From: Prasinococcaceae sp. CCMP 1430
Lineage: Eukaryota > Plantae > Prasinodermophyta
DNA: 64,000 nt
Direction: 5' to 3'
Assembly: GCA_013416795.1 (NCBI GenBank)
Contig: RQSC01001125.1
Span: forward strand, 9,892 to 73,891
The notes under the pieces are model-generated. The model was given only the letters and a program-made list of their open reading frames with translations. It had not been told where the DNA came from and made no database searches. Within the stretch, counting starts at the first letter, position 1. Each line of letters starts with the position of its first letter. Positions 1-11,959 of the stretch are shown here, piece by piece. A program made the translations under genes and the position numbers.

Positions 1-350
1 TTGGGGCTTCCCGCGTCACCTTTCGAGAGCTCCCTCCGCCCTGTAGCTGCGCGCGGCTGGCGACGTTCGCTCGTTCGATGGGGGACGACAACAGCCTCGA
101 CGTCGAGGCGCGTTGATCAATGAACAATCTGTACACAGTACTACACACACGCGCAGGCCGCCCGCGCAATGCGCGCGGGGGGCATCGGGCTGGGAATGTG
201 GCATCCTGCCACGTCCTGCGAGCTGGCGCAGCTCGTTTTGGGGGACGCGCACGCCGCACCGGAGGCGCGAGCGGCCGGGCGAGCGCGGTCGGCCTCGTGC
301 GGGCGGGATAGACGCTGGCAGCCAGGGGCGGGGGCGCACCTCCGCGCCGC

Positions 351-3018
351 TCACGCGAACATGGCATCGATGGCGGATTCTCCAGGGGGCTCAAGCAGGC
401 CTCGACTGCCGTCGCCGCCGCCGTCACCGCCGCCCCCGTCGCCGCCGGTGAGGTCGACGATGTCGCCGTCACCGCCGGTGAGGTCGACGACGTCAACCAC
501 GCCCATGGCCGCTTTGGCGGCTTCGACCGAAGCGGCGAGCTCGAGCTGCGCCCGCCGGCGCACGGCCATTCGCACCCCCGCGCCCGCGCCCTTGCTCGCA
601 GCGCCGCCGGCGGGCGGCTTCGCCACGCCCGCGCGTGCCACCTTGAGCCGTTCCTTGGACTCCTGCCGGCGCTCCTTGCGCAGCTGCGCGCGCGTCTTGC
701 CGCCAGGCGCCCCGGCACCGTCGTCCTCGCCGGCGCCCCCGAGCCGCCTGCCCGCCGGCGCGACAAGCACGCCGCCGGCGCCGCTCGCGCGCGCCTCGAA
801 GCCATCGGCTGAGTCGAGACCCTCGAAATCCTCCATGGGCCGGCCGTCGAGCACGGCGTGCAGCAGGCTTCCGGGGGTCGCCTCGCCCGGCGCGGCGCGC
901 TCCGCGGCGGCGGGCGCGCCGGCGAGGACCGCGTATTCGTAGCGGCCCTGCTCGCCGGCGTCGTGCGTGTACCAGCCGCACGCGGCCCGCAGCGCCGCCG
1001 CCGCCTGGCGGAAGGCGCCGCGCCAGCGCTTGAACTGATGCGCGCTGCTGCCGATGTCGCGCCCGCGCTCCTGCGGGTCCTCCGCGGCGAGCATTCCGCG
1101 CCGGCGGCGCGGGTCGGAGAAGTCCACCAGCGAGCGCTTGGCGCGTTTGCCGCCGTGCTGCAGCGAGAGCGCCTCGGCGTCGAAGTCGAAGGTCGGGTGC
1201 GAGGCGCTGGCGTCGCGGCCACCGAAGCGCGTGAAGAAGGTGCACAGCAGGGATGCGAGCGTCGGCTCGCCGCCCGGGCGCGGCTGCTCCCTTGAGCGCG
1301 CGGAGGCGCCGGCGCGGGCCATGCGCACGTGGCACGCGGCCATGAGCGTGAGCACGTACGAGGATATGCCGCCGTTGAAGGCCTCGTTGAGCCCGCGCGC
1401 GCGCAGGAAGGCCTTGAGCGCCAGCACGAGCGGTGCGAGCAGCGGCTCTTCGCGCTGCATGGCCAGCACGGCGCCCACGGCCTCCAAGCCATTGGTGGAG
1501 CCCACCGACACGTCGGCAGCTATGCCGTTTCGGAACACCAGCTTGATGATGGGTACGCGCGCTTTGGATATCACCTGTGCCTTGGACACCTCGCTGCCAG
1601 AGCGCAAGCGGTTGGCCAGCCTGTGGGAGTCAGGCAGCGGGGCGCGCGGGTGGGATGGCGCGGGTGCGTGGGTTCGCGGGTTGGGGAAAGGTGGATGTCA
1701 GCGTGCCAGTGGCGGGAGCCGGGCGCAGTGAGCCGGGCGCAGTGAGCCGCGCGCAGCGCCCGCGCGCGTCGGTGTCTCCCCGCGGGGATCTCGCCCGGTG
1801 AAAGGCCACCTCATGCAAAGCGTCGATGCGAGGGTGGTGAGTAGTGGGCTGGCTCGCACAGGCCGACGTGCGCGCGGGCGCGGGCGTCCGGGCGCGCACC
1901 TGAAGAGGGCCGACACAACCCGTTTCTTTTCGGTGGACGTGTACCCGCCGCCGGCCTTGTTGTTCTGCACGCCGATGCCAAGCACGCACGCGTCCACATC
2001 GGCGCCGGGAAGCGACAGGCCATTCGCGCGGCTGCCGAACAGCTCCACGCGCGCGGCATTGCCGATGGTCGCGCGGCAGGCCGTGCGCAGCTCCTTCATG
2101 ACAGGCGCGAGGCTCGCGTCGCCGTGCGTCGCCGCGTGCTTCGCGCAACGCGCGTGAAAGGCCGTCATCTCAGCGCTAAGCACGTCGTCGGCTGAGGCAC
2201 CTTGCGTCGAGGCTGCCGCGCCCGCGCTGCAAGACGGCTCGCCCTGCTCGCCCTGTGCGTGGCGCCGCGTCGTCGCGAGAGCGGGCGCCCGTGGGGTCAG
2301 CATCCCGTCGCGTGCACGCGCGGGCGAGCGAGCGCGCGAGCGCGGCACATGAGCGCGCGTCTCCTCACCTCGTTCCCCGCGCCACCGGCCACGCTCGAAA
2401 CGCCCAGCACATCGGCCCACTCTGCGATGAGCGCGGCCTCGCCCGCGGGCTTGACGCGGCCTGGCGCCGCGGGCGCGGTGTCAAAGAGGGGGCGCACGCT
2501 CGCGGCGCCACGCGCTCGCGCCGCGCGCGCCTCGTCGCGCGCTCGCCGCAGCCACGCGCTCGCGCCGCGCGCGCCTCGTCGCTGTCGGCGCCGCCCCCTC
2601 GCGGCGCTCTCGCCTTGGGCGCGGCGCTCTTGGCCTTTGGCGAGGAGGCCTTCTTGGCCCGCCCCGAGGCTGCCTTTGCCGCCTTACCCGCCTTGCCACT
2701 CTTCTTTGACCCCGGCGGCGCGCGCGCGGCGGCCGGCGCGCCGCCCCTGGTGAGCTCCTGCAGCTGCTTCGCGATGCGCTTGGCGGGCGGGGCGTGCGGC
2801 GTGTGCGCGCTCTCCGAGAGCTTCGCCCACGTCCCGGCGGCCACCTTGCGCTTCGATACCAGCGCGGCCGCCCCGCCCTTGGCTCCTGCCTTGGCGCCGC
2901 CGTTGGCCGGCTTGCGCTTCGCGACTGCGCCAGCGGGCGCCCCGGCGCGCCCCTTAGCGCCGGCGCGCGACGGCCTGCTCGCCACCGCGCGCGTGTGGCA
3001 GCCGGCGAGCCGCCGCAA
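351..3018 (-). CDS. Non-canonical poly(A) polymerase, TRF4/PAPD5-like, with Lys-rich N-terminus; 5' end unresolved
   Basis: Nucleotidyltransferase motif ELFGSRANGLSLPGADVDACV, then ARVPIIKLV...ADVS, LKAFLRARGLNEAFNGGISSY and a PAP-associated region LAAEDPQERGRDIG. GT-AG introns 1621-1899 and 2253-2368 keep the frame. Frame break at about 2500-2580 (see findings). No in-frame ATG found near 3018. Confidence 0.85.
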
Positions 3019-3540
3019 CCAACAGCCGCCGCCGCCGCCGCGCGGCGCACCGACCGAACGCCGAAAGAGGGCGGAGCGACCAACCGAAACCGAAACAACG
3101 AACGAACGAACGACTCATCCAACCATCGACCAATGCAATTCACGCCCCCAACCAACGAATAATCGCGATTCGAATTCGATCTCGCCCTCGAATGATCGAT
3201 TCATGGCCGGCCCGCCAACAAAAATCAATCAATCAATGGCGCCAACCGGCGCTCGCCGACCTGTCCAAGCGCTGGCCGCGGGCGAAAGCGCATCGGAGAC
3301 GGCGTTGCCCGTCTCTGCGCGCGCGCGGCTCTGCCGGCAGGTGCGCCGCGGCGCGGCGGCAGTGCGTGTCTATTCTCCACCCACCCACCCACCCACCCGG
3401 TGCTTGACGAGCACGTCCGGCATCACCAACCAACCCAAGTGCCGGCACAGCCGTTGACACCGACAACAGACAAGACGCGGGGATGCTCCATTACTTCGCT
3501 AGCGGCCGTGCGTTGGGCGTGCCAACGGCCAGCGCGGCAA

Positions 3541-6500
3541 TCAGAGCGCGTCTACGACGTCCAGCCGGACGGTGAGCGGTCTCTGCGGCACCTCCGCTGG
3601 TCGCGCCTCGAGGGTTGCCGCCACGAGCTCGTCGAAGTCCTGCTGCGTCTCCAGACGAATGAGGTCACCCTCGCGGTCCAGGTAGCGCATCTTCAGCGCG
3701 GCGGGCGGGGCGCAGCCGATGGCGGTGGCCACGCGCGCGATGACGGTGGCGAGCGCAGCTTGCGCGGCGGGCATGCGCACCCGCACAGTTTCGCCTCCGT
3801 ACCTGCGCGTGATACATTGTCGAACGCGAAGATGCGCAGCGGCATCACGGGTCAGCCACGCGGGTGTGGTGGTGGTGGCGTCGTGTGTGTGGTGGTGGTG
3901 GTGTAGCGCAGTTTTCACGAGTGGCACGAGCGTCCAGGGTGAGCGCACGCACTTGGCTTTGATCACGATGTCTCCGCTGTCTCCGCACGCAGTCACGTCG
4001 GACCCCGGCTGCGTAATCTGCTGCTGCTGCAGCGCGTTGGTCTGTGGCAAGTTCTCTTGGTGCACGTAGCCGCTCGCAGTGGGGTCGTTGGTGTTGCCCC
4101 CCTCGGGGAAATTCGACGCCTCCTCGGGCGAGCCGTCCTTTCCAGCACCGCGCGGCACCACGTGGTGGGGCGCGGGCGGGGCTGGGCCGATGGGAAGGGC
4201 GCCGACCGCCAGGGGTGGCACTCCTGCCAGCCTTGCGAGGATGTGATGCGGGCCAGCGTGCGGGAGCTCTGCTTTCTGCATCAAGTGCGCGGCCTGATGG
4301 CCCGCCGAGCCGCCACAGTCCTCGCCATTTGCAGGCGTGCTGACGCCAACGAGCTGTGCGAGCATGCCGGGCGTCAGGGCATGCGTCGCCAAAGCGTAGG
4401 GGGCGTTAGTCTGCCCAGGCGTGGCCGGAAGGCTCCCGGGGAGGGGCGTCAGCGGAAATGGCGACATGCCAGGGCCGAGCGGCGTAAAGCCTTGCAGGCT
4501 CAGCAGCGGCGGCGTATGGCCCGACTGTCCCAAGGGGAGGGAAGCGCCTAGCCCCGCCATCATGCCCCGCGGGGGCACATCTCGTGGCATGACCCCTTGT
4601 AACGTCTGCGTGCCGTACTGGTATGGTGAGAGCTGAGGAGGGCCGCCTCCTTGCCGAGGGGGGGCGACCGCGGCGTCGCCATTGCCCGCATCAGGCACGG
4701 CCTCGGTGTGCCCGTAGAGACCGGCGGACGCCGCTAGCCTCTCGCCGTGGGGCAATGACGACGGTGTGCGCGCGTGCTCGCCAGCGACACCGCCGCCGTC
4801 GGCGCCAGATGGCGTTGCACCAATCGACCCCAGCGCCCCCCCGCTGACGTCCTCGTGCAGCTTGCGCAGATCAGAGTCCATAACGTCCATCTTCTTGAGC
4901 TTCCTGCAAGGCCAGCGCATGATGCCGTGCGCGCGGCAGATGCGCTTTAGAGTAGTCGTGCAGACGCCGAGCGCCTTGGACGCGTCGACGAGCTTCATGT
5001 GGAAGTGACTCTGCAGCGTCTGGATCGAAACGCCTCGATCAGACTGCTTTCGCTTTTTCGCGCTCTGTTTGTCACCCGCCGTGTCGCGCGCCGATGGGTT
5101 GGGATCATCGGCAACCCCTGTGGCCGCAGCTCGGGCGACATCCGTCGGCTGCGCTGCCCGCTCGTCGTCTTGCTGCACGAGCTCGATGCGTTTGAGCTTT
5201 TGCAATTTGTTTCGATGCTTGGACGAGCCATAAAATGTGCCGCTGTCCTCCTCCACCGCGCTCGATGGGGCGTGTGCTGGCGCCGTCGTGGCGCCACCAG
5301 CCGCGGTTGCAGCGGTCGCAGCAGCTGCAGCAGCGGCGCGTGCGGGCAACTCGCCAGCTAACGCCTCCTCCGCTCTCTCCTTGGCCTCGGAGTCCTCGCG
5401 TGCTCGCCTCTCCCTCTCGAGGCGGCCGATGTCATCGGGCAGCACCAAGCGCACATCGACTCCGCATTCCTTCGCGCCAGTGCGCGTGAGCTCTGCAAGC
5501 TGAGCGATGACCCTGGCAGCGGCGGTGGCGACGGCGTCGCTGCTGCGGGAGGCCATCCCCCGAAACACAATCTCGACAACGACGCGGCATGTGCGGCTCT
5601 GCTCTGCGTCGCCTGCCGCCACCGTATGTGTCTGTGCCATCTCACGCGCTCGCTCCTCCCCCGTGCTCCCCGCCACCGTCTGCTCTGCGGGCGCTCCATC
5701 TCTCTGAGAGCCGCCGTCCTTGGTCCCTCCTTGCCGATCGGCCTCCGGCTCGCGTGCGCCCGGCGCACTGTCCTCGGGTAACGGCATTTGGACAGCGTCT
5801 ATTGCGCACGAGGCCAAGCTGGTCGCTCCGCTGATGCGCGCCACGTCCCGCAGGGGACACTCGAAGAGGTCGGCGGAGGCGAGGTCGGCCGTCACCACCA
5901 GGGAACCCTCGTCGAAGGCCCGCACGACACTGGGCGTTCGTGTCGATGCCTCAGATTGCCGATAGCTCGCCGTCGACGTGTCGTAACTCTGCGAGCAGCA
6001 CACGCGCCGGTAGCCCCAGGCGGCACTGCCTTTACCTGAGACAGCGAACGGGAAGCGCGCGGCGGAGAGGCACGGCGGGCTTGGTGCAGTTCGCAGGGCA
6101 TCCGGCTGCGGCCCCCGCTGTTGCAGTTCGTCGCCCCCCTGGCCGCTCAGGAACCTTGCTGGACCGCCGTCGTCGAGCGCCCAACACTGAACCAGCATCA
6201 CCTCGACGTCGCCCACCGCGCCGCCGCCGCTGCGAGCACAGTCGAGGCCAGAGTCACCACTGAGGAGTTTGATCATCGCTGGCGCGAGTCCTGCCGGCAC
6301 GGGAACGCGCGGGACGCCGGCGAGGTCGGCGCTGCCCCACGCGCCCGGGGGGACCGCCACGTCCACGCTGCCCGCCGCCGCTGATGGCGGCGGCGGCGGG
6401 CTCGTTTCGATCCCCTCCTTTCGTAGCAGCGCCTTCACACGCCCGCACATCTCCTCTTTGAAGTGGATATCTTCCGCCAGGCTGGTGACCTCGAGCACGC

Positions 6501-7151
6501 CGTACGCGCCATTGAAGCCGTGCGGGGCGGCCCCAGGCGTCGGCTCCTCGCTCGCGCCGATGAAGAGCGGCAGCGCCATGGTCGCGCGCACGCCCAGGGA
6601 GTATGCTTTGCCGAGCCGTAAGAATTCTTCGTCTCGATAGAGGCTGACGTTCGGGCTGAATTCCGGCCGGCCGCTCAGCAGCACGCGCCCGGGCATGTGC
6701 GCGCGCGCCGCGCCGCGCGCGAGGCGCATGTCGAAGTCACAGCTGTGGGTGCGATACCGCGCGAGCGCCCCATTCGGGCTGCGCGACGCTCCGCCCGCAC
6801 CCAGCGCGAACGGCTGCCCGAGCGTCCTGGCCATGTGCGAGCCACCCTTTGACTGGACGACGCGCCACACCTGTGCGATGCAAGCGAGCGGTGCGAGCGC
6901 GCGACGCCGTTGCTGTAAGCTCGGCAGGGCGTGCGCGGGCGTGCGCGTCGCATGTTTTTTTGGCGGCGCGCTCTGATCGCACTACGCCGGGTGGGTCTCC
7001 CCTCCGACCCGCGCCGCGCGGCGGGGCGCGGAGGCGCGCAGACGCTCTCGCCGACATCCCGCGCGCCACGTACCTGCACGAGAATGTCATCGGAGCTCTC
7101 CGCGGCTCGCGTGCACACGCGCTGAAGGGCGGCGTTGTAGTCGTCGGACAT
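3541..7151 (-). CDS. NLP: NIN-like transcription factor (GAF-like x2, RWP-RK, PB1)
   Basis: RWP-RK: IQTLQSHFHMKLVDASKALGVCTTTLKRICRAHGIMRWPCRK. NLP-type N-terminus LVQVW...TLGQPF...MPGRV...FSPNV..Y...EFLRL. After removing intron 3803-3952 the PB1 reads VIKAK|YGGETVRV...MRYLDREGDLIRL. First intron 6871-7073 joins MSDD...ILVQ|VWRV. The ATG at 7151 could be preceded by exons lost in the gap. Confidence 0.92.
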
Positions 7152-7462
7152 ATTTCAGGGAAACCCCTCTCTCCCCTTCCCTCGGTGCGTACCACCAGCG
7201 ACGAGCCACAGGGTGGCTCGCCGCCACTCTTGACGGGCGCACGCGCGTCGCTGGCGCCCCCGCACGCGCACGGCCGGCCGTCAGGGCGGCCGGCGCCTCG
7301 TGCCAGTCGGGCCCGAGATGCCCACTGGCTGGCGGCGGTGCGCGCGCGCTGCCCCGGGGCGCCGTTTTTGCTGTTTGGCGCCGAGCGAGAGGCGGCCGAG
7401 GAAAAAAAAAACGCGGTCCCACGAGCGGCGCTCGGGCGCTCCCGCCCGCGCGGCCGCTCCGC

Positions 7463-8118
7463 NNNNNNNNNNNNNNNNNNNNNNNNNNNNNNNNNNNNNN
7501 NNNNNNNNNNNNNNNNNNNNNNNNNNNNNNNNNNNNNNNNNNNNNNNNNNNNNNNNNNNNNNNNNNNNNNNNNNNNNNNNNNNNNNNNNNNNNNNNNNNN
7601 NNNNNNNNNNNNNNNNNNNNNNNNNNNNNNNNNNNNNNNNNNNNNNNNNNNNNNNNNNNNNNNNNNNNNNNNNNNNNNNNNNNNNNNNNNNNNNNNNNNN
7701 NNNNNNNNNNNNNNNNNNNNNNNNNNNNNNNNNNNNNNNNNNNNNNNNNNNNNNNNNNNNNNNNNNNNNNNNNNNNNNNNNNNNNNNNNNNNNNNNNNNN
7801 NNNNNNNNNNNNNNNNNNNNNNNNNNNNNNNNNNNNNNNNNNNNNNNNNNNNNNNNNNNNNNNNNNNNNNNNNNNNNNNNNNNNNNNNNNNNNNNNNNNN
7901 NNNNNNNNNNNNNNNNNNNNNNNNNNNNNNNNNNNNNNNNNNNNNNNNNNNNNNNNNNNNNNNNNNNNNNNNNNNNNNNNNNNNNNNNNNNNNNNNNNNN
8001 NNNNNNNNNNNNNNNNNNNNNNNNNNNNNNNNNNNNNNNNNNNNNNNNNNNNNNNNNNNNNNNNNNNNNNNNNNNNNNNNNNNNNNNNNNNNNNNNNNNN
8101 NNNNNNNNNNNNNNNNNN
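7463..8118. other. Assembly gap (N run)
   Basis: 656 consecutive N. Confidence 1.
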
Positions 8119-8583
8119 CGCGCCGCGGCGCGCGGCCGCGGCGGCGCACGCGCTGGCCATCGCCATTGCCGCGGCGGGGGCGGGGGAGCGGAGTGCGACG
8201 AGCCTCGCGCGCGACGCCTGGAGGCCTTCCTGGGCGGCGCTCCTCGTGCGCTCCGTCACCGGCGTGTGGCACCGACGCCACCCAACCGATTGCAACCGAC
8301 CCCGCCGTCCGCCGGGCGGCCGCTCTCTTTTTGATGGCCTTTTGCGTCGCCGCCGGCAGAATCTTTTTCCCGCGTGGCGTCGCGCGGCCGGATCGTTCGG
8401 CCAGGGTGGCAGCCCGGCAGGGGAGATGCGGCGCACAGACACAGGCCGCTGCACTTTCTTAGAGTTACAGTTGGCAGCACCTCGCTCCGTAGCCGCACCC
8501 GAGCAGCATGGGGGTCTCACCCTCTAGTAGATACTCTAGTCGGTAAATCCTCGACGCGTCGGCGCCGCCTGCGAGGGACCTAC

Positions 8584-10872
8584 CTACCTGCGCAGGTTGG
8601 CGAAGATGCCGTCCAGGTTGTCCCTGCCGCCGCCGGGCGCGCTGCGTCCTTCGCCACCGGCGCCCGCGCTGGCCGCGCGCGATGCGAGGCGCGCCTTGGC
8701 CTCCTCCCACGAGCGGTCGCCGCCGCCGCCGCGAACGGCGCTCCCGGCGTACCTGCCGCCGCCTCCGCCTCCGCCGTAGCGCGACTGCTGCCCCACCTCG
8801 CGCGTTCCGCGCAGGGGCCGCCCGTCGGCCGAGCCCGTCTCACCCACCAGCAGCTCAGAGGCTTCGCCGCCGTCGCCTCCCAACGAGAGCTCATGGCGCT
8901 GAAGCAGCCGCCGGCACCTCTCCTCGAGCGCCACCATCCTGTCACCCCCGTCGTCGTCGTCAATGTCCGCGTACTCGTCCGCGCTCGAGCTGAAGAAGCG
9001 TCCCACAAGCCGTCCGCAGCACCCGCCCACATTGAGCAAGGATAGCGCGCACACCACCACGAGCACAATGGGTGCGTACGAAACGAAGTCGCGCCCGCCG
9101 AAGATGGGGATGCGGTCCATGACGTGCATGGTCTTTGAGAACGCCGTCGCCGCGCCCTCGCGCTTTGCGCCAGGGCACCCGATGGAGCCGTAGGGCGGTG
9201 TGTGCAGCACGGCCAGGAAGTTGTACGCGAGCGGCGCTGCGAGACGAGCCATAAGTGCCGCGTTGAGAGTAAGGCTCACCGCGTCCGAGTGCCCGGGCGT
9301 CAGCGAGTAGTGGTTGAAGAGCCTCACCTTGAAGAGCGAGTAGTAGGTGCACACGACGACGTACAGCAGTGGCAGCAGGGTGTAGGCGGCGAGCAGCCAC
9401 CCGTCGTCCGAATCCTCCGTGCCCTCTCCGCCGCACGCCGAGCGGACCAACGCAGAGAACGCGCTTAAGTCCGAGCTCAGGCCCGTGTACGAGGCGGCCG
9501 TCACCTCGGCGAGCACGGTGGCGACCGAGGCCGCCGCGAGTGCCACCGAGCCCGCGCGCCGCACCCACGGCTCAACAAAGCACACCCACATGCGTCGCAC
9601 GCCCGAGCCTGAGAGTGCGCCCGCGCCGTACGCTGCTCCGCTCGCCTCCTGCGCGCACGCGTCGGCGGCGCGCGCAGCGCGCGCGGCTCGTGCGGTGGCG
9701 TCCTCCCAGCGCGCGACCGTCGCACGCGCGCGCCGCAGGCGGCGCCGCAGCGCCGCCACCCCGGCGACGTCCGCGTCGTAGTCCTCCGCGCCGCCCTCCT
9801 CAACCGCCGCCTCCACGTCACCCTCGTCGACCTCGCACGCCCACGAGCTTTCGCGCGACTGCGCCTGGGCGCGCGCGCGGGCCTCCGCGTCCTCCTCCAG
9901 CACCACGTTCACGTACGGTCGCAGCTCATCCCGGCGGCTCATCTGAACGTCGACGGCGCCCAGCGCTCCGCGCGCCGCGCGCAGCTCCGCCGCGGCGCCG
10001 CGGGCGCTTCTCGCGCACGAGTCGAGCTCAACAAAGGCCCAACGGCGGCGGGACGACACGCCGGCGTTGCGCCACGCGCTACGGGGAATCTCCACCATCC
10101 CGTACCCCAGCGCAGCGAGCGCGACGAGCAGGCCCCACGCGTTCGACGCTGCCATCGCGACGCCCGCGAGGCCGCCCACGCTGAGCTCACCGCTTGCAAT
10201 CAGCAGCACTACGCCCAATGCGCCCACGCCGCCGACCGCCGCATAGAAGAAGGCGTTGGTGCGCAGCGCGTGCTGCGCGCGCGCGCGCGCGCTGAAGGCG
10301 CCGCTGTCCGCGTACATCTGCACGAAGGGCAACAGCGCCCACGTGAGCACAAACATCGACCAGTAGACGCCCGACCACAGCGACGTGAGCACCGCCTCGG
10401 CGTCGTGTGTGCCGGCGCTGCTCTTCGCAAGCGTCGCCTGCACGTCGGCCGGCGTGAGGGCCAGGATCGACAGGCAGCACGCCCATGTGTACCTGTCAGT
10501 GCGCGCGCGTTGACCGGGTCGGGTTTGGGTAGGAGGTCGGGGAATGTGGGTCAGTGGCAAAGCGCTCATCTGGAGAGGACAGGAGGGTGGCAGGCGCGGG
10601 AAGGAGCAGCACGCGAGGGCGAGACCACCAGACAGCGGCGCGCGCAGTGTCGCGCGAGGTGGCGGGCCCGTATGCGCGCAGATGCATGACAGAAAGAAGG
10701 GATGCGGGAGGGGGCGCGTCTCCGCTCGTTCGCTCGCTGGGCGCGCGTACCACGTGATGGCGAGCGTCGCCGCGCCGTTGACTTTCAGCCCTGCCGAGAA
10801 GCGCATGAGCTGCAGGGCGGCAGCAAGCGCCGTGGCGGGAAGCAGCAGGGCCAGCGACAACGGCACCGCCAT
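8584..10872 (-). CDS. LMBR1-domain multipass membrane protein (LMBRD2-like)
   Basis: Multiple TM helices. Motifs W|YTWACCLSILALTPADV, YWSMFVLTWALLPFVQMYADSG, LGYGMVEIPRSAW, YYSLFKVRLFNHYSLTPGHSD, RLAAPLAYNFL. In-frame intron 10493-10750. ATG at 10872. Confidence 0.9.
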   Translation of the reverse strand: MAVPLSLALLLPATALAAALQLMRFSAGLKVNGAATLAITWYARPASERAETRPLPHPFFLSCICAHTGPPPRATLRAPLSGGLALACCSFPRLPPSCPLQMSALPLTHIPRPPTQTRPGQRARTDRYTWACCLSILALTPADVQATLAKSSAGTHDAEAVLTSLWSGVYWSMFVLTWALLPFVQMYADSGAFSARARAQHALRTNAFFYAAVGGVGALGVVLLIASGELSVGGLAGVAMAASNAWGLLVALAALGYGMVEIPRSAWRNAGVSSRRRWAFVELDSCARSARGAAAELRAARGALGAVDVQMSRRDELRPYVNVVLEEDAEARARAQAQSRESSWACEVDEGDVEAAVEEGGAEDYDADVAGVAALRRRLRRARATVARWEDATARAARAARAADACAQEASGAAYGAGALSGSGVRRMWVCFVEPWVRRAGSVALAAASVATVLAEVTAASYTGLSSDLSAFSALVRSACGGEGTEDSDDGWLLAAYTLLPLLYVVVCTYYSLFKVRLFNHYSLTPGHSDAVSLTLNAALMARLAAPLAYNFLAVLHTPPYGSIGCPGAKREGAATAFSKTMHVMDRIPIFGGRDFVSYAPIVLVVVCALSLLNVGGCCGRLVGRFFSSSADEYADIDDDDGGDRMVALEERCRRLLQRHELSLGGDGGEASELLVGETGSADGRPLRGTREVGQQSRYGGGGGGGRYAGSAVRGGGGDRSWEEAKARLASRAASAGAGGEGRSAPGGGRDNLDGIFANLRR

Positions 10873-11210
10873 GGCTGCCCGCGAAGCACCCCGCCTCGCA
10901 ACCACGGCACTCCGCCTACCCACAACCCCACCCCGGATGCGCTCGCCCGGGTGCCGGGCCGGGCCGGCGCACGCGCCGTGCGCGCTCTCTATGCCACCTC
11001 CGGCGCCCACCCGCCAGCCCGCGCGCCCGCCCCCCTCCCTCCCGCGGGCGCGCGCCGCGCCCGCCCCCATCACGGCAGCGCCAGGCGCTCGGGGAACCCA
11101 CCCCGTCCTCGCGGGTGCGTTTTGCACTGCGTTCCCAAAAAAGCAACAACCAACATAGACCCTAAAAATAACCCTATATATGGTTAGGGTATGGCAGCGC
11201 GTCCGCGTGG

Positions 11211-11959
11211 TCATTGCGCTCGCGCCTGCCTCGCGATCCGCCGCTGCTCCTCGAGCACCGTCAGCAGGGCCGCCTTCGTGTCCTCCATGCTGCAGCCGGT
11301 GTCAATGACCACGTCCGCCCTCCTGCGCTTCTCCTCGTCGGGCATCTGCTTTGCGAGGATGGCGTCGAGCTTGGCAGCGCTCATGCCAGGCCGCGCGAGC
11401 ACCCGCTCGCGCTGCGCGGCCTCGGGCGCTGATACCACCAGCACGGCATCTAGCACACCCGCGCAGTCGAGGCGCGTCTCGTAGAGCAGCGGGACGTCCA
11501 GGACGACCACCTGGCGCGCGCCGCGAAAGAGGGGTCGCGAGTGCCGGCGCGAGGGAAGTCAGTTGCAGTTGCCGCGGCGGACCGCGCGCCCGGCGGCGAG
11601 AGCGGAGCTGGAGGCGCGGGCGGGCGCGCGCGTACCTCGTGCCCCTCCGCATCGCGCTCCTCGAGCCAGCGCTCGCGGTGCGCCGCGACGAGCGGGTGCA
11701 CGACGCCCTCGAGCGTCTTCATCGCCGCGTCATTGCCCACAACGAGGGCGCCGAGCGCGCGCCGGTCGACACCGCCGTCGCCGCCGAGCACCTCGCGGCC
11801 AAAGGCCGCGGCCACCGGCTCGACCGCCGCGCCGCCTGGCGCGTACAGCTCGTGCACTGCGGCGTCGGCGTCCGCGACGGGCACGCCCGCGTCGCGCAGC
11901 ACGGCCGCACACGCGCTCTTGCCCATGCCAATGGATCCCGTGAGGCCCAGCACGCGCAT
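11211..11959 (-). CDS. coaE: Dephospho-CoA kinase, bacterial (alphaproteobacterial-like) type
   Basis: P-loop [71 protein letters not shown]. One intron 11511-11635 joins GHE|VVVLD. Confidence 0.95.

Noticed and set aside
3803-3952. Poly-His/Thr stretch apparently inside the NLP PB1 domain
   Set aside because: It lies in a 150-nt in-frame GT-AG intron. Removing the intron restores a normal PB1 start.
6737-8520. ORFs spanning the N gaps (also 47429-49342)
   Set aside because: They are artefacts of translating through N runs.
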